DNA of 64,000 nucleotides from Thalia democratica (Eukaryota): NCBI GenBank assembly GCA_965202585.1, contig OZ241826.1, positions 74,090,001 to 74,154,000 of the forward strand, read 5' to 3'. Shown piece by piece: positions 50,320 to 62,400 of this stretch (position 1 is its first letter; each line of letters starts with the position of its first letter). The notes under the pieces were generated by a model. It saw only the letters and a program-made list of their open reading frames with translations, ran no database searches and was not told where the DNA came from. The position numbers and the translations under genes were made by a program.

Positions 50320-52467
50320 TAATTAAGTCTGATGTTACACAGAATGAAGTGGAAGGTAAAATTTTAGTTGAATACTATCAAAAAAACTTTATATTTTAAT
50401 TTCTAATAGTTTAAGTACTGGCTTGTTAAAATACCGATTAAAGTCGAAGCTAGTAGAAAATTAAAAAATATTAGTGTAATCTTTCCTTTTTTCATAAAGT
50501 TAGCATAACTATCTTTAAGGATATAATTTTTATCTTTGTTTGAAAATAATAAATATTAAGTCTATGCTTGTAAATAATGAACTTCATTATTGAACTAGCT
50601 TTTAAGATTAAGTCATGAAAGTTAATTATTTTACTGGCTATCTGTGTATAAATTTTTAAGTTTGTTATAGATTTCTTGTTCAAAATACTTACAAAAAATC
50701 TGCTAGAAGATGGAAAAAATAAAGAAAATCAAGACTGTAAGTTTATAAAAAAAATATTCTTTAAACTTTTAAACGTTTTTTTTTTCATTTATAATAATAA
50801 GTATATAAGAGTATATCAACTCTTATATCGTAAAAAGTTACAAATGCACCACTTAAGATTCTTTTTTAAATGTTTAGTATAATTGATAATAAACCAGAAC
50901 TATTTGGATAAATAAAAATACAACTTTAAAACTAATTTGAACGACTTATTTTAAAAAATGTCATCAATTTTTGTATTAAGTTTAAAATTTTACCAGTTAT
51001 ATTCGGAATTGTACACCACGCATTAGTCACTTCACTTGAAGATGCTGCTTATCAATTGACTTCTGATGAAGAAGACAAAATTTGTTTGTGCTTTTTATGT
51101 ATCAAAAAAGTAATTTACTGTCATATCAAAAAAAAAATGTAAGAAAAGCGAGATGCTTTTTATAAAAGATTAAATATTTAACAGATTTATTTTAATGCAA
51201 TAAAAAATTACTCTATTAAATTAAAAAACGATCTCAAAACTTAAAATTCAAACCAGACAAAAGAACTCTAGCTTACGATGTAACTAACAAACTTCTTAGA
51301 ACTTCTAGTTTGAAAGACAATAAGGAAAACAGAGATGGTTTATTTTAGTTTGTTTCTAACACAAAAAAAATACCACAAAACAACTTTAGATAATGAATAC
51401 AGATGTATTATTTTAAAACTTTGTAAAGAACTTTTTTAGCATTTTGTTGTGTTTCACTTAAAAAACTCTTTTTCGTTTGTAACTAAATCTATAATGCTGC
51501 AATTTTTACTAAATTTCATGTTTTTTAACAGCCATCTTTGCACTTATACACCAAGCAATAAACAAAATTACCGAAGTTGCCCACCATATACTTGATGACG
51601 AAGATGTATTGAAAAAAGGTATTTTAAAAGGGCCTCTACCTTTTTTTGGCGAAAATGATTGTAAGTTATATATTATTACTTTCTTCTTTAAAGATTTAAA
51701 TAAACTTGTAGTAGAAATCTATAAATATGTATATATATATAAATTTAATTTCAAAATTCTATGAATTTAAGTATATTTATTTAACTACATGAATATAAAA
51801 AAAAACTCTAATAAAATTAAACGAATAAATTTCAAATAATTTTGTTTTATGATTTAATTCCAACTTTTTCTTACTTAAACATACAAAGTGAGATAGCTAT
51901 CAAAGATTAAACACTAACTTTTCAATAACAAGCTGCTAACAAAAACAAACTCAATCCCTATATGTATGTTAAAACTAGTTATTTAATTAAAATATTAAAG
52001 TTATTTTACTAATTTTGTGAACTTAGCAACATTGTATTTAGACTGTAAACTAGTTGACAAATATTCCAAACAGTTACAAAGGTTTTGGCTAAACAAATTT
52101 CAAAAGACGCACTTCAAGCGAATGAGAGTAAAATAAAGAAGAATTGTAAGTATTTGTTGTATAATAAAACTAAAATTTAGTATTTTTAAACAAAATTTAA
52201 CATTAAAATAAAACGATACTGTTACATAACAAAAATAAAAATATCTATTTAGTAAAAAAATAAATGGTAATGATATATCTGTACTTTATTTAAAAAAAAA
52301 AGTTTAAAAAAGTTTATAGAACTGATCATTAACATTAGAATGTTGTATTAAACATAGCGCCAATAATTTAACATAAATTATTTCTCATTTAAGTGATATC
52401 TGGACTCGTACATTATTCAATTAAAGGTATTGGTGATGAAATGAAAAATGATAAAAACTATTTATAA
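50320..52467 (+). CDS. Candidate multi-exon gene (partial); exons 50320-50355, 50997-51083, 51532-51660, 52074-52145, 52394-52467
   Basis: Each exon is bounded by a YAG/AAG acceptor and a GT donor (gtaaaa, gtttgt, gtaagt, gtaagt). All are phase 1-1 and splice into one open frame. Three exons encode homologous starts (IFGIVHHAL, IFALIHQAI, ISGLVHYSI). The start exon was not identified. Confidence 0.6.
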
Positions 52468-53457
52468 ACATCTCCTTCTATAAACAATGATGAACTGTAC
52501 GAGAAAAATTAAGATTCAGTTGTTTTTTTTTTTTATGTTTATATTAATATTCTTAAATTTTAAGTAAGTTGACTCAAGTTAATATTAAGAAATGTTTACA
52601 TTTTTGAACTATACCTCGTTTTTTTTACACATATGTGTTCTCAACACATGAAAACGTAATTTTTGTTAATTTTTCATATCAGTTTTTAATGTGTCGCTAT
52701 TCTAAAATATATGATAATCTTTTTTAATTTAGTTCACCACATATCATTTCGAAGCTTATTAAACAGTGAAATATTAGAAACACTATTAAACTTCTATATT
52801 TTTGAAAATAAATCAAATTTTAAGCTGTTTATGTTATAAAATACAAAACTAAAAAAAAATTATTTTAGAATGTTTGTTTACAGAATCCTTGATTTAAAAT
52901 ATGTGGTAACTAGTTTAGCTTACAAAAGTATTTATCTTTATCATAAGTAATCTAAAACATGGTGTTTTACTAAATTTTTATTGTTTTAACAAATTAATTA
53001 TACACAATCTAACTTTTCGAAATATAAAATTGAGCGTTTGTTAACAAAATCGTTTAATACACATGAACATATGTCAGTGTAGTAAAAGAAGGCTACTGTA
53101 TAGTTTGTTATTGTTATATAAAATCTACCTATTTTATTGAGATAACGATGCGCGAGGACTTATAGAATAGCTTCTTCCAACAAAAAAAAAACAATGCAAG
53201 TTGAACAAAAAAAATTATAATATATATTATAAGATTAGTAAAATTACAAAATAGATAGTTATTTTGATACATCCATTAAGAACATGTTAATAGTTATCAA
53301 TATTATTTTAGATACTAATAATTTTTCAAATTAAAGAAATAGCTGAAGAAATAGTACTCTTTATTAAAGCAATGTATTCTTTGCCCAATTAAAATTATAA
53401 ACAAGTTTTTCTATTTAATAATATAATTTAACAGTAATATTTTTAGTTTGTTATATA

Positions 53458-53841
53458 CAGGGTTTCCAAAAAATTTTCAATCTTGGAAAAAACTGGAATT
53501 TGTCAATTTAGGCTATAAAAACCTGAAATTTGCAAAATATTGAAAAAAAACTTTAAAAACCTGGAATTTTAAACAATATTTACATAATAAGTCGTAAAGT
53601 GTTTGTTTAGCACAAAAAATCTATCAGAAAGATAAAAAAAATTATCATCATCAAATTTTTTTATTAAAAAACACATTTAAAGTAGCTTTACAGTACCTTT
53701 TCAATTCTGCTATACTACTTAACACAGTTTCTAAACTTGATTTTAACTTTAAACTAAATAATACCAAAAACGTGTACTTTTAAAAACCTGGAAGAAATTC
53801 AGGAAACCTGGAAAATTTCTCAAAAACTAGTTGCAATCCTG
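53458..53841. mobile_element. CAGGGTTGCCA-family MITE (diverged)
   Basis: Ends CAGGGTTTCCA and TTGCAATCCTG, with flanks TATATA/TATGTA. Confidence 0.7.
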
Positions 53842-56669
53842 TATGTACTTAATATAAATTTTAAACCCTTGTTGCGTTAGAGATTTTGTTTATAAGATTT
53901 CTAGTTTTAAAATTGTTTATATACACATTTTTCAGGACGAATAACAACTTCTGGAAACGTCAAGCGTTAATTATTCTTTTTTTTTTTTAACAAGTAAAAC
54001 ACCATGATTTTATTGTTAAGTTTTTATCATTTTTGCGTTGATTAAAGTAAATACAGTTTAAAAGAATTATTATAATAAAAAAAATCCAACTTGTAAACAA
54101 AATTATTTTTTCTTATGATTCTTAACTTGAAGTTAAAGTTTAGTACTTTTTATTTACTGGTTGAATTACATTGAGTTATATTAGAGCTATCTAATTAAGT
54201 TTTTCGTAACAAAAGATAGTATTATGCTAGAAATACGTAAAATCGTAACAATTTTTACAAAAAAGTATAAAAAGCACATTATGATTATACAAAGTATTTA
54301 TGTTTAAAATTTGAATAACTAAATAATTGTTATAACTTTTATACGAAGTGCCTTAAGGTTTAAAAATATGTTTAATATACCTTAGCTAAAGATGTAAAAA
54401 AAAAATTTTATTTTTATTGCCTCGTATAATAAAAGTCTGAGTCAACTGTAAAATCAAGACCAAATATTTTTAGATATTGAAATTAAGGTTTACTACTACC
54501 CAAGAAGACTTCTTAAAAACTTTTGGAAGCTAAATATACCTCTGTACAGATGACCGTATTAACTGTAAATACTTACATATTAGTTTTTCAATTACTAGTA
54601 GATATTTTTTTACTTAAAACATTAGTCATAAAGGTTATAAATAAAAAAATATTTAATTAAAACTTAAATTGAATATCTATCAAACATAATGGCATGTATA
54701 AAAAAAAACTTGTAACAAACTTGATATTTTGATACTAAAAAAAAATTATAATAAACTATAAAGTTGTCATTATTACTTTTTTTTTGGGTTGATATTAAAA
54801 GTATAACTCTATAGTATTCTTAATAAAGTATTTAAACAATTAAAGCATATTTCATTTACTTACTTTCCTTTTTTAATAATAAATGTATAGTTTCAAGTCT
54901 AAAAGCTTTCAAAAGCTGTGCGAAAAAAACCACTTAAAATCAAACTAATTGAAAACTATACGATTAGTATATACTTTATAATACTGTAGACAAAAAAAAA
55001 AATTTGTAACTAATGTTAAAAAAACGATGTATGACTACAAAAATCTAATTTCAAAAAAAAATATTATATATCTATTTTCGATATATTTCTATTGCTTTTA
55101 TAACTATGTTTCAACAGTAAGATAAATATAAACAACACTTTGTAAAGAAGAATACTTTTAAGAAATTGATTTATAGTAACTAATAAAAGTTATTTGCTTC
55201 TTATAACATATATCTAAACATTTTTCTCAAGAGAAAAAGCTGTTTAATTTTTCATTATTATGGAATTCTATCTTAGGTGTCCTCTAAGTAAGAAAAAAAC
55301 GAGTTCTTTAAAAGATTATAAACGTTATAAGTATATCTACTTTTAAAAGTTTTAATTTAAAAGAAGATATCATAACTTTTAGGTACCTCAAAACGTTTAA
55401 AAACTATTAAAAGGTCATTAACCTGACACTAAAACTAATTAATTTCAGTTAGTAGTAGTTTTTTTGTCTTCTGTTTGAAGTCATAATATGTAAGAAAATT
55501 GACCAAACTTAAACTTGTATATAAAATTAACCTACCTAAACAACTTTGATAGTAATTATGACAGAAATAAGTTTAAATTGACTGGCTATACTTTATTAAT
55601 GAAATAAACTAGTTTAATTAGATGTTTAAATCTATTAAAACTTATTTTAATATCTACTAAAAATTGCTATTGAAAAACTTTATTGTTTTTTTAATTTAGT
55701 TACAAGCTTTAAAACATTGGTCTAAATAGCCTACAAAGATTTGATTATATCTTCAAATTTACTGTTTGTTGGTTCATACATTTTTTCACTACTAATTCAA
55801 CTGAAATAAAAATAATAGTACAGAAAACATAAATTCAATTTAGAGCTAGCTTAGTTATTAAAAAAGTAATAAAAACTTTTAAAAATAAACAGATATCAAT
55901 TTACACTAAAAAACAAACAAAAAGACAAAAACTTTTTTGTTAGAACAAATAATACTAAAAGCGTACATTTACTCATTATTTCTTACTCATTTTGCTACTT
56001 TATAGATATACGAATCGATTTCAAATCAGTGCTTTTGACCTGCAAACTTGTTATAGAAAATCTCTTTTAACTTTATATTTCTCTATTACTTTTTTTTGTT
56101 TATTCTGTACTTGCAAGTTAAAGTTGCTAGGTCTCACTTTACTTTTAAAGAAATCCGAAGACTAGCGATTTTTTAAAACTTAAAATGTTTTTTTAAACTG
56201 TCTGTTTTGAACTATCATAAAACATTTCGGTTTTTCTTAATTGTTTTTTTTTTAGTTGTTGAGAATAGATTTACAAAAGACAAATTAAAAAAATTTAATA
56301 ATTAGTCTAGTTTAAAAAAAATCATTGATTTAAAAAACCAAGTTTGACAAATTAAAAAACAATATGTTTTCTAATTTGTATTTAGTATGTTTGTTCTTTA
56401 ACCACAACTAGTACTTAAACAAGTAGTTTCAAAAACCATACATTGTTTATTGAGTGAAAAAAGAAACGCACAAAATGTCTGGTCTGAGGAGCTGCTATTT
56501 GGATATCGAGTCGTACAGTTCAACGTCCTGTACACTTTGTTACAGTTTAATGTGTTTTCTAGGACAATACTTTTCAAAATATAAGCTATTTCACTGTAAC
56601 GTTATTTTCAAATTACAAAACTATTATTTTATATTTTAAAATCTTTAATAAAAAAACTATGCTGTATAA

Positions 56670-56900
56670 CACGGTTTTCAAAAGTGGGCGAAGTGGCCCC
56701 TTAGGACCATTACAGAAATTTAAGGGGGCAAAAGGGCCAAAAGAGGGATGGGCATGGGAAGTAAAGAGGCCATTATTTAAAACTTACACTAGATATTCTG
56801 GAGCTTATGGTAAATAGCAAAAAAAAAGTCTTAGGGAAGTTCTTAAAGAAATCTTGTCGGAGGGTGCCATATCTTTTTTGTTTCTTTTAAGAGGGTCTTA
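56670..56900. mobile_element. Degenerate copy of the GGGGGCCA hAT MITE
   Basis: CACGGTTTTCAAAAGTGGGCGAAGTGGCCCC and AAACTTACACTAGATATTC match 22721-23061. Confidence 0.55.
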
Positions 56901-57419
56901 AGAATTTTTTTTTTAATTTTTGACAATTTTGCATATGAAAATGCAATATAATTGAAAATTTATAGTTTACTTTAACCTAGTTTAACCTAACTCTTACAAT
57001 GAGTCTCAATTAAATATAGATTTTAGCAGCTGTTTTACACTATTTTTTGATGACTATGTATTTCCTTTAATACAAAAAAAAAATATTAGTAATAAATAGC
57101 TACAAATAGCTAGTAATAATAGCAAATAACAATAAAGTGTTAAAAAGAAATAAAACATGATTTTATTACCTAATTATTTCTCTTAGTCATATCTTTCGCA
57201 CGTTGCTTGTGGTTGGTCTGATGGACCAGGTTGGCTACGGCGCGAAGAGTGTGGGTCAACACCCCTTTTGTTGATTCCTCTGTCAATGTTACGCTGGCTA
57301 CAGCGAGTTTCGGGGTTGTTGACCTTGTCTAAAGTATGATGTATGTTCTCTTTAGAGAACATACTATCCTTTTTGGGGGGCTTGGATCTATTACTCATTA
57401 TGCTATACCAAGAGTTAGG

Positions 57420-57980
57420 TGTGGCCCACTAGTTATTTAATTAAATTTAGATATTTTAGATATTTTAGATATTTAGATATTTAGATATTTAAATTAATTA
57501 AATTTGATTGGTAAATTTCAGAGATTATTAAGAGCACCAAAAGCAGCTTGCTTCTTAATTAATTATCCACAACAAAGCTTATTTATTCAATTTTATATAA
57601 CCAATTTACAGATAATTTCAATATAATGATCTATTAACACCAAAGTTTAGTTATTTAAATTTATGCAAAATCAAAAGTACAATTAACTTCAATTTAATTT
57701 TATCAACAGCAGAGTTTAGTTATTCAAATTTATGCAAACCACAGTAAAATTAACTTCAATTTAACTTTATTAGAAATTTCAATTTAAGAGACAGAACTAG
57801 AAAATAAGAGATTAATGACAATACTCACAATTTAGCACATAGGAAGTTCAGCTTGAGCTTTTTCAAATCTAATAATTCAAATCTAAGGCGGCAATTTAGA
57901 AAGTTAACAAATTAATACAAAAAACCCCTAATTAGAGAAAACTCTTTTGCTAAAGTTAATTTAAAGCCAGAGGCGTTACA
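57420..57980 (-). repeat. Putative 3' LTR of the Gypsy element (about 561 bp)
   Basis: The minus strand begins TGTAACG right after a purine tract and plausibly ends GGGCCACA (TGT..ACA). Contains AATAAA, a duplication of about 68 bp (57634-57765) and TTTAGATAT repeats. The 5' LTR is outside the window, so the left boundary is unverified. Confidence 0.6.
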
Positions 57981-57994
57981 TTTTCCCCTCTTAT
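57981..57994 (-). promoter_or_regulatory. Polypurine tract
   Basis: Minus-strand ATAAGAGGGGAAAA directly abuts TGTAAC. Confidence 0.7.
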
Positions 57995-58519
57995 TAAACA
58001 TTTTTAGAATTTTAACTTAGGTTTTTTAGATAAATATTAGTTTTAAGGTGTTAAACGTTTGTTAAACTGAAAAAAAACTTTAAATATAGTCCAGGTGAAA
58101 ACCATTATACACTAAAGCACTCAACTTAGAGATATATAAGCATGCAACATAAGTTTATAACTTTCTTTTTGTAATTTACATGTAATAGTCAGAAATAATA
58201 TTTTAAGAGATACTTATGATCATCAACTTTATGTACTAAAAGGTACTTGCATATAACAACATTTTTGAGCTAATTCAAAATCTGGATTTAAACACTCTAC
58301 TAGCTATTTTTAAAGTAAAATTAAAACTATAAGTATTTAAATGTAGTAAATGCTTAAGACACTTTTAAAGTGTGGTAAAAATGCTTTTTTTTAACAAAAT
58401 AAAAAAGAAATTCTAAAGAAATTGTAAAGAAAAGACTTTTTTTGAATATAAATTTACAAATTCCTAATTACAATCATGAGTCAAAAGTTTGTTTAAAAGT
58501 CAATGTTTACCGTTCATGA

Positions 58520-58813
58520 TGATGGTTCCTTACTCTTACACTGGAGGTTGAGGCTCGGCCTCTTCTTACTCGCCTTCTCCTCCTCTTCTCTGGTTGCTCC
58601 AGCTGCGGCCGCTCTTCTTGTAGTGGTTCTCCCGGAACTCTGGTGGGAAGTTTGGCTCCACTGACGTCCTTCTCCGCGAATTAATCGCTGGCGGCATGGC
58701 GTTGTTCACCATCGTCATCAATGCCAACGGATTCGAGGGTCTGCTTGACATCATCAGCAGACGGGTTGGCATTGCGCCCCATGGCATCCGAAGGTGTGCT
58801 GCCATGTATGCAT
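58520..58813 (-). pseudogene. RPLP2: 60S acidic ribosomal stalk protein P2 pseudogene
   Basis: With frameshift correction it reads M(R)YMAAHL.-AMGRNANPSADDVKQTLESVGIDDDGEQ..*FAEKDV..GAKLPTRVPG..AAAAGATREEEEKASK. This matches the P2 N-terminus (MRYVAAYLLA.LGGN.NPSA.DIK.IL.SVGI) and the Ala/Glu hinge. The C-terminal DMGFGLFD is not recognisable. Confidence 0.8.
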
Positions 58814-59419
58814 TTCCAGAAGAATCGACATCGTCACTACAATTCTGCTGTACGTAGTGGCAGCTTGTTCTTATTAGAATGGTTCATTCTGAGGTCTCTG
58901 GGGTGTGGCAGTTCGACTTACCCCACCAAACTAGATGAGTGAAAGTTACTGAGCCATGATTTTTACAATTTGCTTGGCAAGCTTTCCCAGTGCTAAACAG
59001 GAGACAACCAAAACTCAATGCAAAATAGAAAATTTTAGATTTTTATATAAAATATCACACAGTACCTATTTTAGCTAAGATAATTACAAAAAAAATACAT
59101 GTCTATAAGATACCAATTTTTAATGGTTGTACAAAAAAATATAAAATCAAAAACCCCATTAATTTTGAAATTAAAAAAAATCTTAAAGTTAAGTCATTTA
59201 ACAATAATATAAAAAATGCAAGCAGCTTCTAGGTGTTGTACAAAATAATCAGTGAAAATCAACTGTTGCTTATTTGAATAAGCCCTTAAGTAGTATTCAT
59301 CTAAAAAGTACCAAATATCTTTCTATGCTTGTACAAAAAAAAAGGAAGAAATCTTGGGGTTTACCAATCAGAACCAACGGTTCCCCATTGTAGCAGTTGT
59401 CAACCAGTTTTGTAATTTC

Positions 59420-62400
59420 CTAGTTTTCGTCGCTACTGCTTTCTTCCTGGCAGTTAATTACTTTATCCCAGTTAATCACTTTTTTCCTTTCCCTTAAATT
59501 ATATCTGTTTTCGGGAATTTCATCACATTTACTCTCTTCCAATTCCTCTCTTGGGTAATATGCCTTAACATTTCTAATTGACACTTTTACTACCCCGCCG
59601 TTTTTCTGTATGAACATTGAGTGTTCAGAGGCATGAAGCACCCTGTATGGCCCATGGTATACTGTAGACAATTTCTTTTTGTTGGCACGCTTCACCCAAA
59701 CTTTCTCACATTGGAATAGGGAGGGTTCGTAGTATTCCTTTCTCTCTTTGTGTCGTTGGTGTTTACGAGTGATACCAGACATAATGTTGAGGAATAACCT
59801 TGTATCCGAATGATTGTACTCAAACTTCCCATCTTCAACCTTTTTGTCAACAAAAATCTGGCCAGATAGGTTCGCACACATTCCTAGAGCGTATTGAGAG
59901 GGAGTGTATGGTGAGCCTTCAATGGAGGTGTTGTTGATAGTGGCCGTAATCATAGGCAACCTTAGTGCCCAATTGGTCTTTGTTTTTTCTGCTCGCAAAG
60001 CTTGGTTGATTGTTCTGTGCTGGCGTTCGATGAAGCCGTTGCTTTGAGGGCTGTACGGTGGTACAAACCGGTGGTCCACTCCCAGTTGGATGAAGGCATC
60101 AGACAACAACTGGTTTGCAAATTCTTTTCCATTATCACTCACAACCACCTGAGGTGTCCCGAAGTAGCTACACCAACTCTGCATAAATGCGTTCCTCACT
60201 GTGATGGCTCTCTTATCAGGAATAGGAGTCGCCACAAGGAATCCCGTTCCACGGTCCTTTATTGTAAGAACATAACGACAATTATTTGAGACTACGTTCA
60301 TGGGTCCTATGAGATCCATATGAACAAAACTGAGCCTAGTTGTAGTTTCGGGAAAGAACCCGATCTTTGGCCTGTTATGGCGTATTACTTTAACCGCCTG
60401 ACACTGAAGACAGGTTTTGACCCAACGGGTCACATCTGCCCTCAGGGTTGGCCACCAGAAGTCTTTGGCTACCGCATCAATTGATTTTTCCACTCCTAGA
60501 TGTAGGACCTGATGGGCCGCATTAAATGCCTGTAATCTCAGACTTTCAGGCAAAATTGCTCTTTTGTTTCCGACCTCTACAATTTCAGCAATGTTCTCGG
60601 GCTTGCTAAACTCAACTACTTTTTTCAGTGTTTGGGCTGTTTCAATCAAGTCAGGTTCACTTTGTTGCAAGAGAGCCAGAGAGTTCCTGTCGATCCTTTC
60701 TGGTGTGATTATCTCCTCCTCTATCTCCATGGACTCTTCTTCTGAGACTTCGTCTTCAGAGTCGGGGTACCACATTTCCTCATAGTCTGGATCCGTTTCG
60801 TACCTACCCATGTACATCGTTGCCGCTTGCGGTGGTCTGCTAAGAGCGTCTGCCACCACATTATCTGTGCCTTTAACATGGATGACGGTCGGGCTGTATT
60901 CTTGTATTCTTTGGAGATGACGTTGCACGTAGGGGGATTGATCTGTCAACTCCTTCTTTAATGCGTTACAGAGGGCCATGTTGTCAGATCTTATTATTAG
61001 TTGTCGCCCATAGATTCGACTGTGGAAATGCTTAATTGCCATTGCTAAACCTGTCAGTTCTTTGTAGTATGTACAACGTGCTCGTTTGTTTTCCGGAATG
61101 CTTCTTGAAAAGAAAGCCAGAGGTACCATCACATTTTTATCGTTTAGTTGTTCCAGTGAGGCCCCTGTGTGGGTGTCCGAGGCATCAGAGAACAAAATGA
61201 GAGGTTTACCCTGGTCTTCAAACGACAGGGTGGCTGCGTTAGCTAATGCTGTCTTTGTGTCCTCAAACGCTTTGATATGAGAATCGTCTAACTTCAAGAT
61301 GGTTCGGTTGGTCTTTTTTGGTCCCCCTGATATCGCGCTTAAGGGGGCCAAGATCTCTGCTAAACCATCAATAAAGGAATGGTAGTAATTCGCCATCCCC
61401 AAAAACCTCTTGAGATCTTTGCGCGTAATGGGTACGGGGTACTCTTTAATGGCCGCTACTTTTGAGGCTTGTACATTGATCCCCTCTACGCCGATCACGT
61501 GCCCAAGAAATTCTAATTTCGACTTAGCAAAGGTAGTCTTTTTTACGTTCAAGAAGAGTCCGTATTTTGACAGGGTTTCAAATACTTTTCTTACATGATA
61601 GATATGCTCCTCTTCCGTGTAAGAATATATCAATATGTCGTCAAGATAGACATAAGTGAAGTCTTCGCATTCCCTCAGCAAGGCCTCCATTACCTGCTGA
61701 AACTTCATCGGTGCGTTTTTCAAACCAAAAACGCACCGATTGGGAATGAAAACACCACTATGAACGATAATTGCAGCACATTTTTGGGAGTTGGCTGCGA
61801 GAGGCAGGCTGTAGTATGCCTCTTTCAAATCCAAGTTTGTGAAATATCTCGTACCGCCAGGGATGATCTGGGCAAGTTCGTCAATTCTAGGTAATGGGAA
61901 GCTTAACGGCCGTGTTGCTTTGTTCAGCGTGGTATAGTCGATACACACGCGCATACTACCGTCTTTCTTTTGTACGCAAGTCACTGGAGATGCCCCTTCG
62001 GTAGCCTCTCCTCTAGTCACCACTCCCCGATATAAGAGGTCGTTGAAGTGGTCTTGTATGGCTGCTCGTCGGCCACCAGGTCTCCTGGCTTTGACCATGG
62101 CAGGCTTGTAATTATCCAATATTATCTCGAGCTCGTAGTTGTGTTTTGGCTTCGCGTGGTAGGTTGGCTTCCTGGTAATTTCAGGGAAGTCCATTAATAG
62201 TCTTTTGCATTTTTCTTCTAACGGAGTCGTATTCTTACCACCCAGATTGATGTGGTTGACTGAAGCGACTATAGGGGTGGGCAACTCAGCAGGTGCGAAC
62301 AGTCTAGCTGATTCGTTTGACCCCATCTTGCATAGTTGAGAGGTAGATGGCAGGATCGCTAGTTCGTTCTTTCTTAACAGGTCCATGCCAATAATGCCAA

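Noticed and set aside
51040-51080. CTGATGA as another hammerhead core
   Set aside because: No stem II or GAAA follows; it is coding sequence (SDEED) of the candidate exon.
40100-56600. Idea that the long AT-rich region plus BTB, Kelch and RING genes is an endogenous giant virus or Polinton
   Set aside because: No capsid, packaging ATPase, protein-primed polB or other viral core motifs are visible; spliceosomal introns and ordinary MITEs are present.
57415-57435. TAGTGGGCCACACC as a primer-binding site
   Set aside because: It does not start with TGG after a CA end, and I cannot match it to a known tRNA 3' end (CsRn1 elements typically use tRNA-Trp). It is more simply the LTR terminus.
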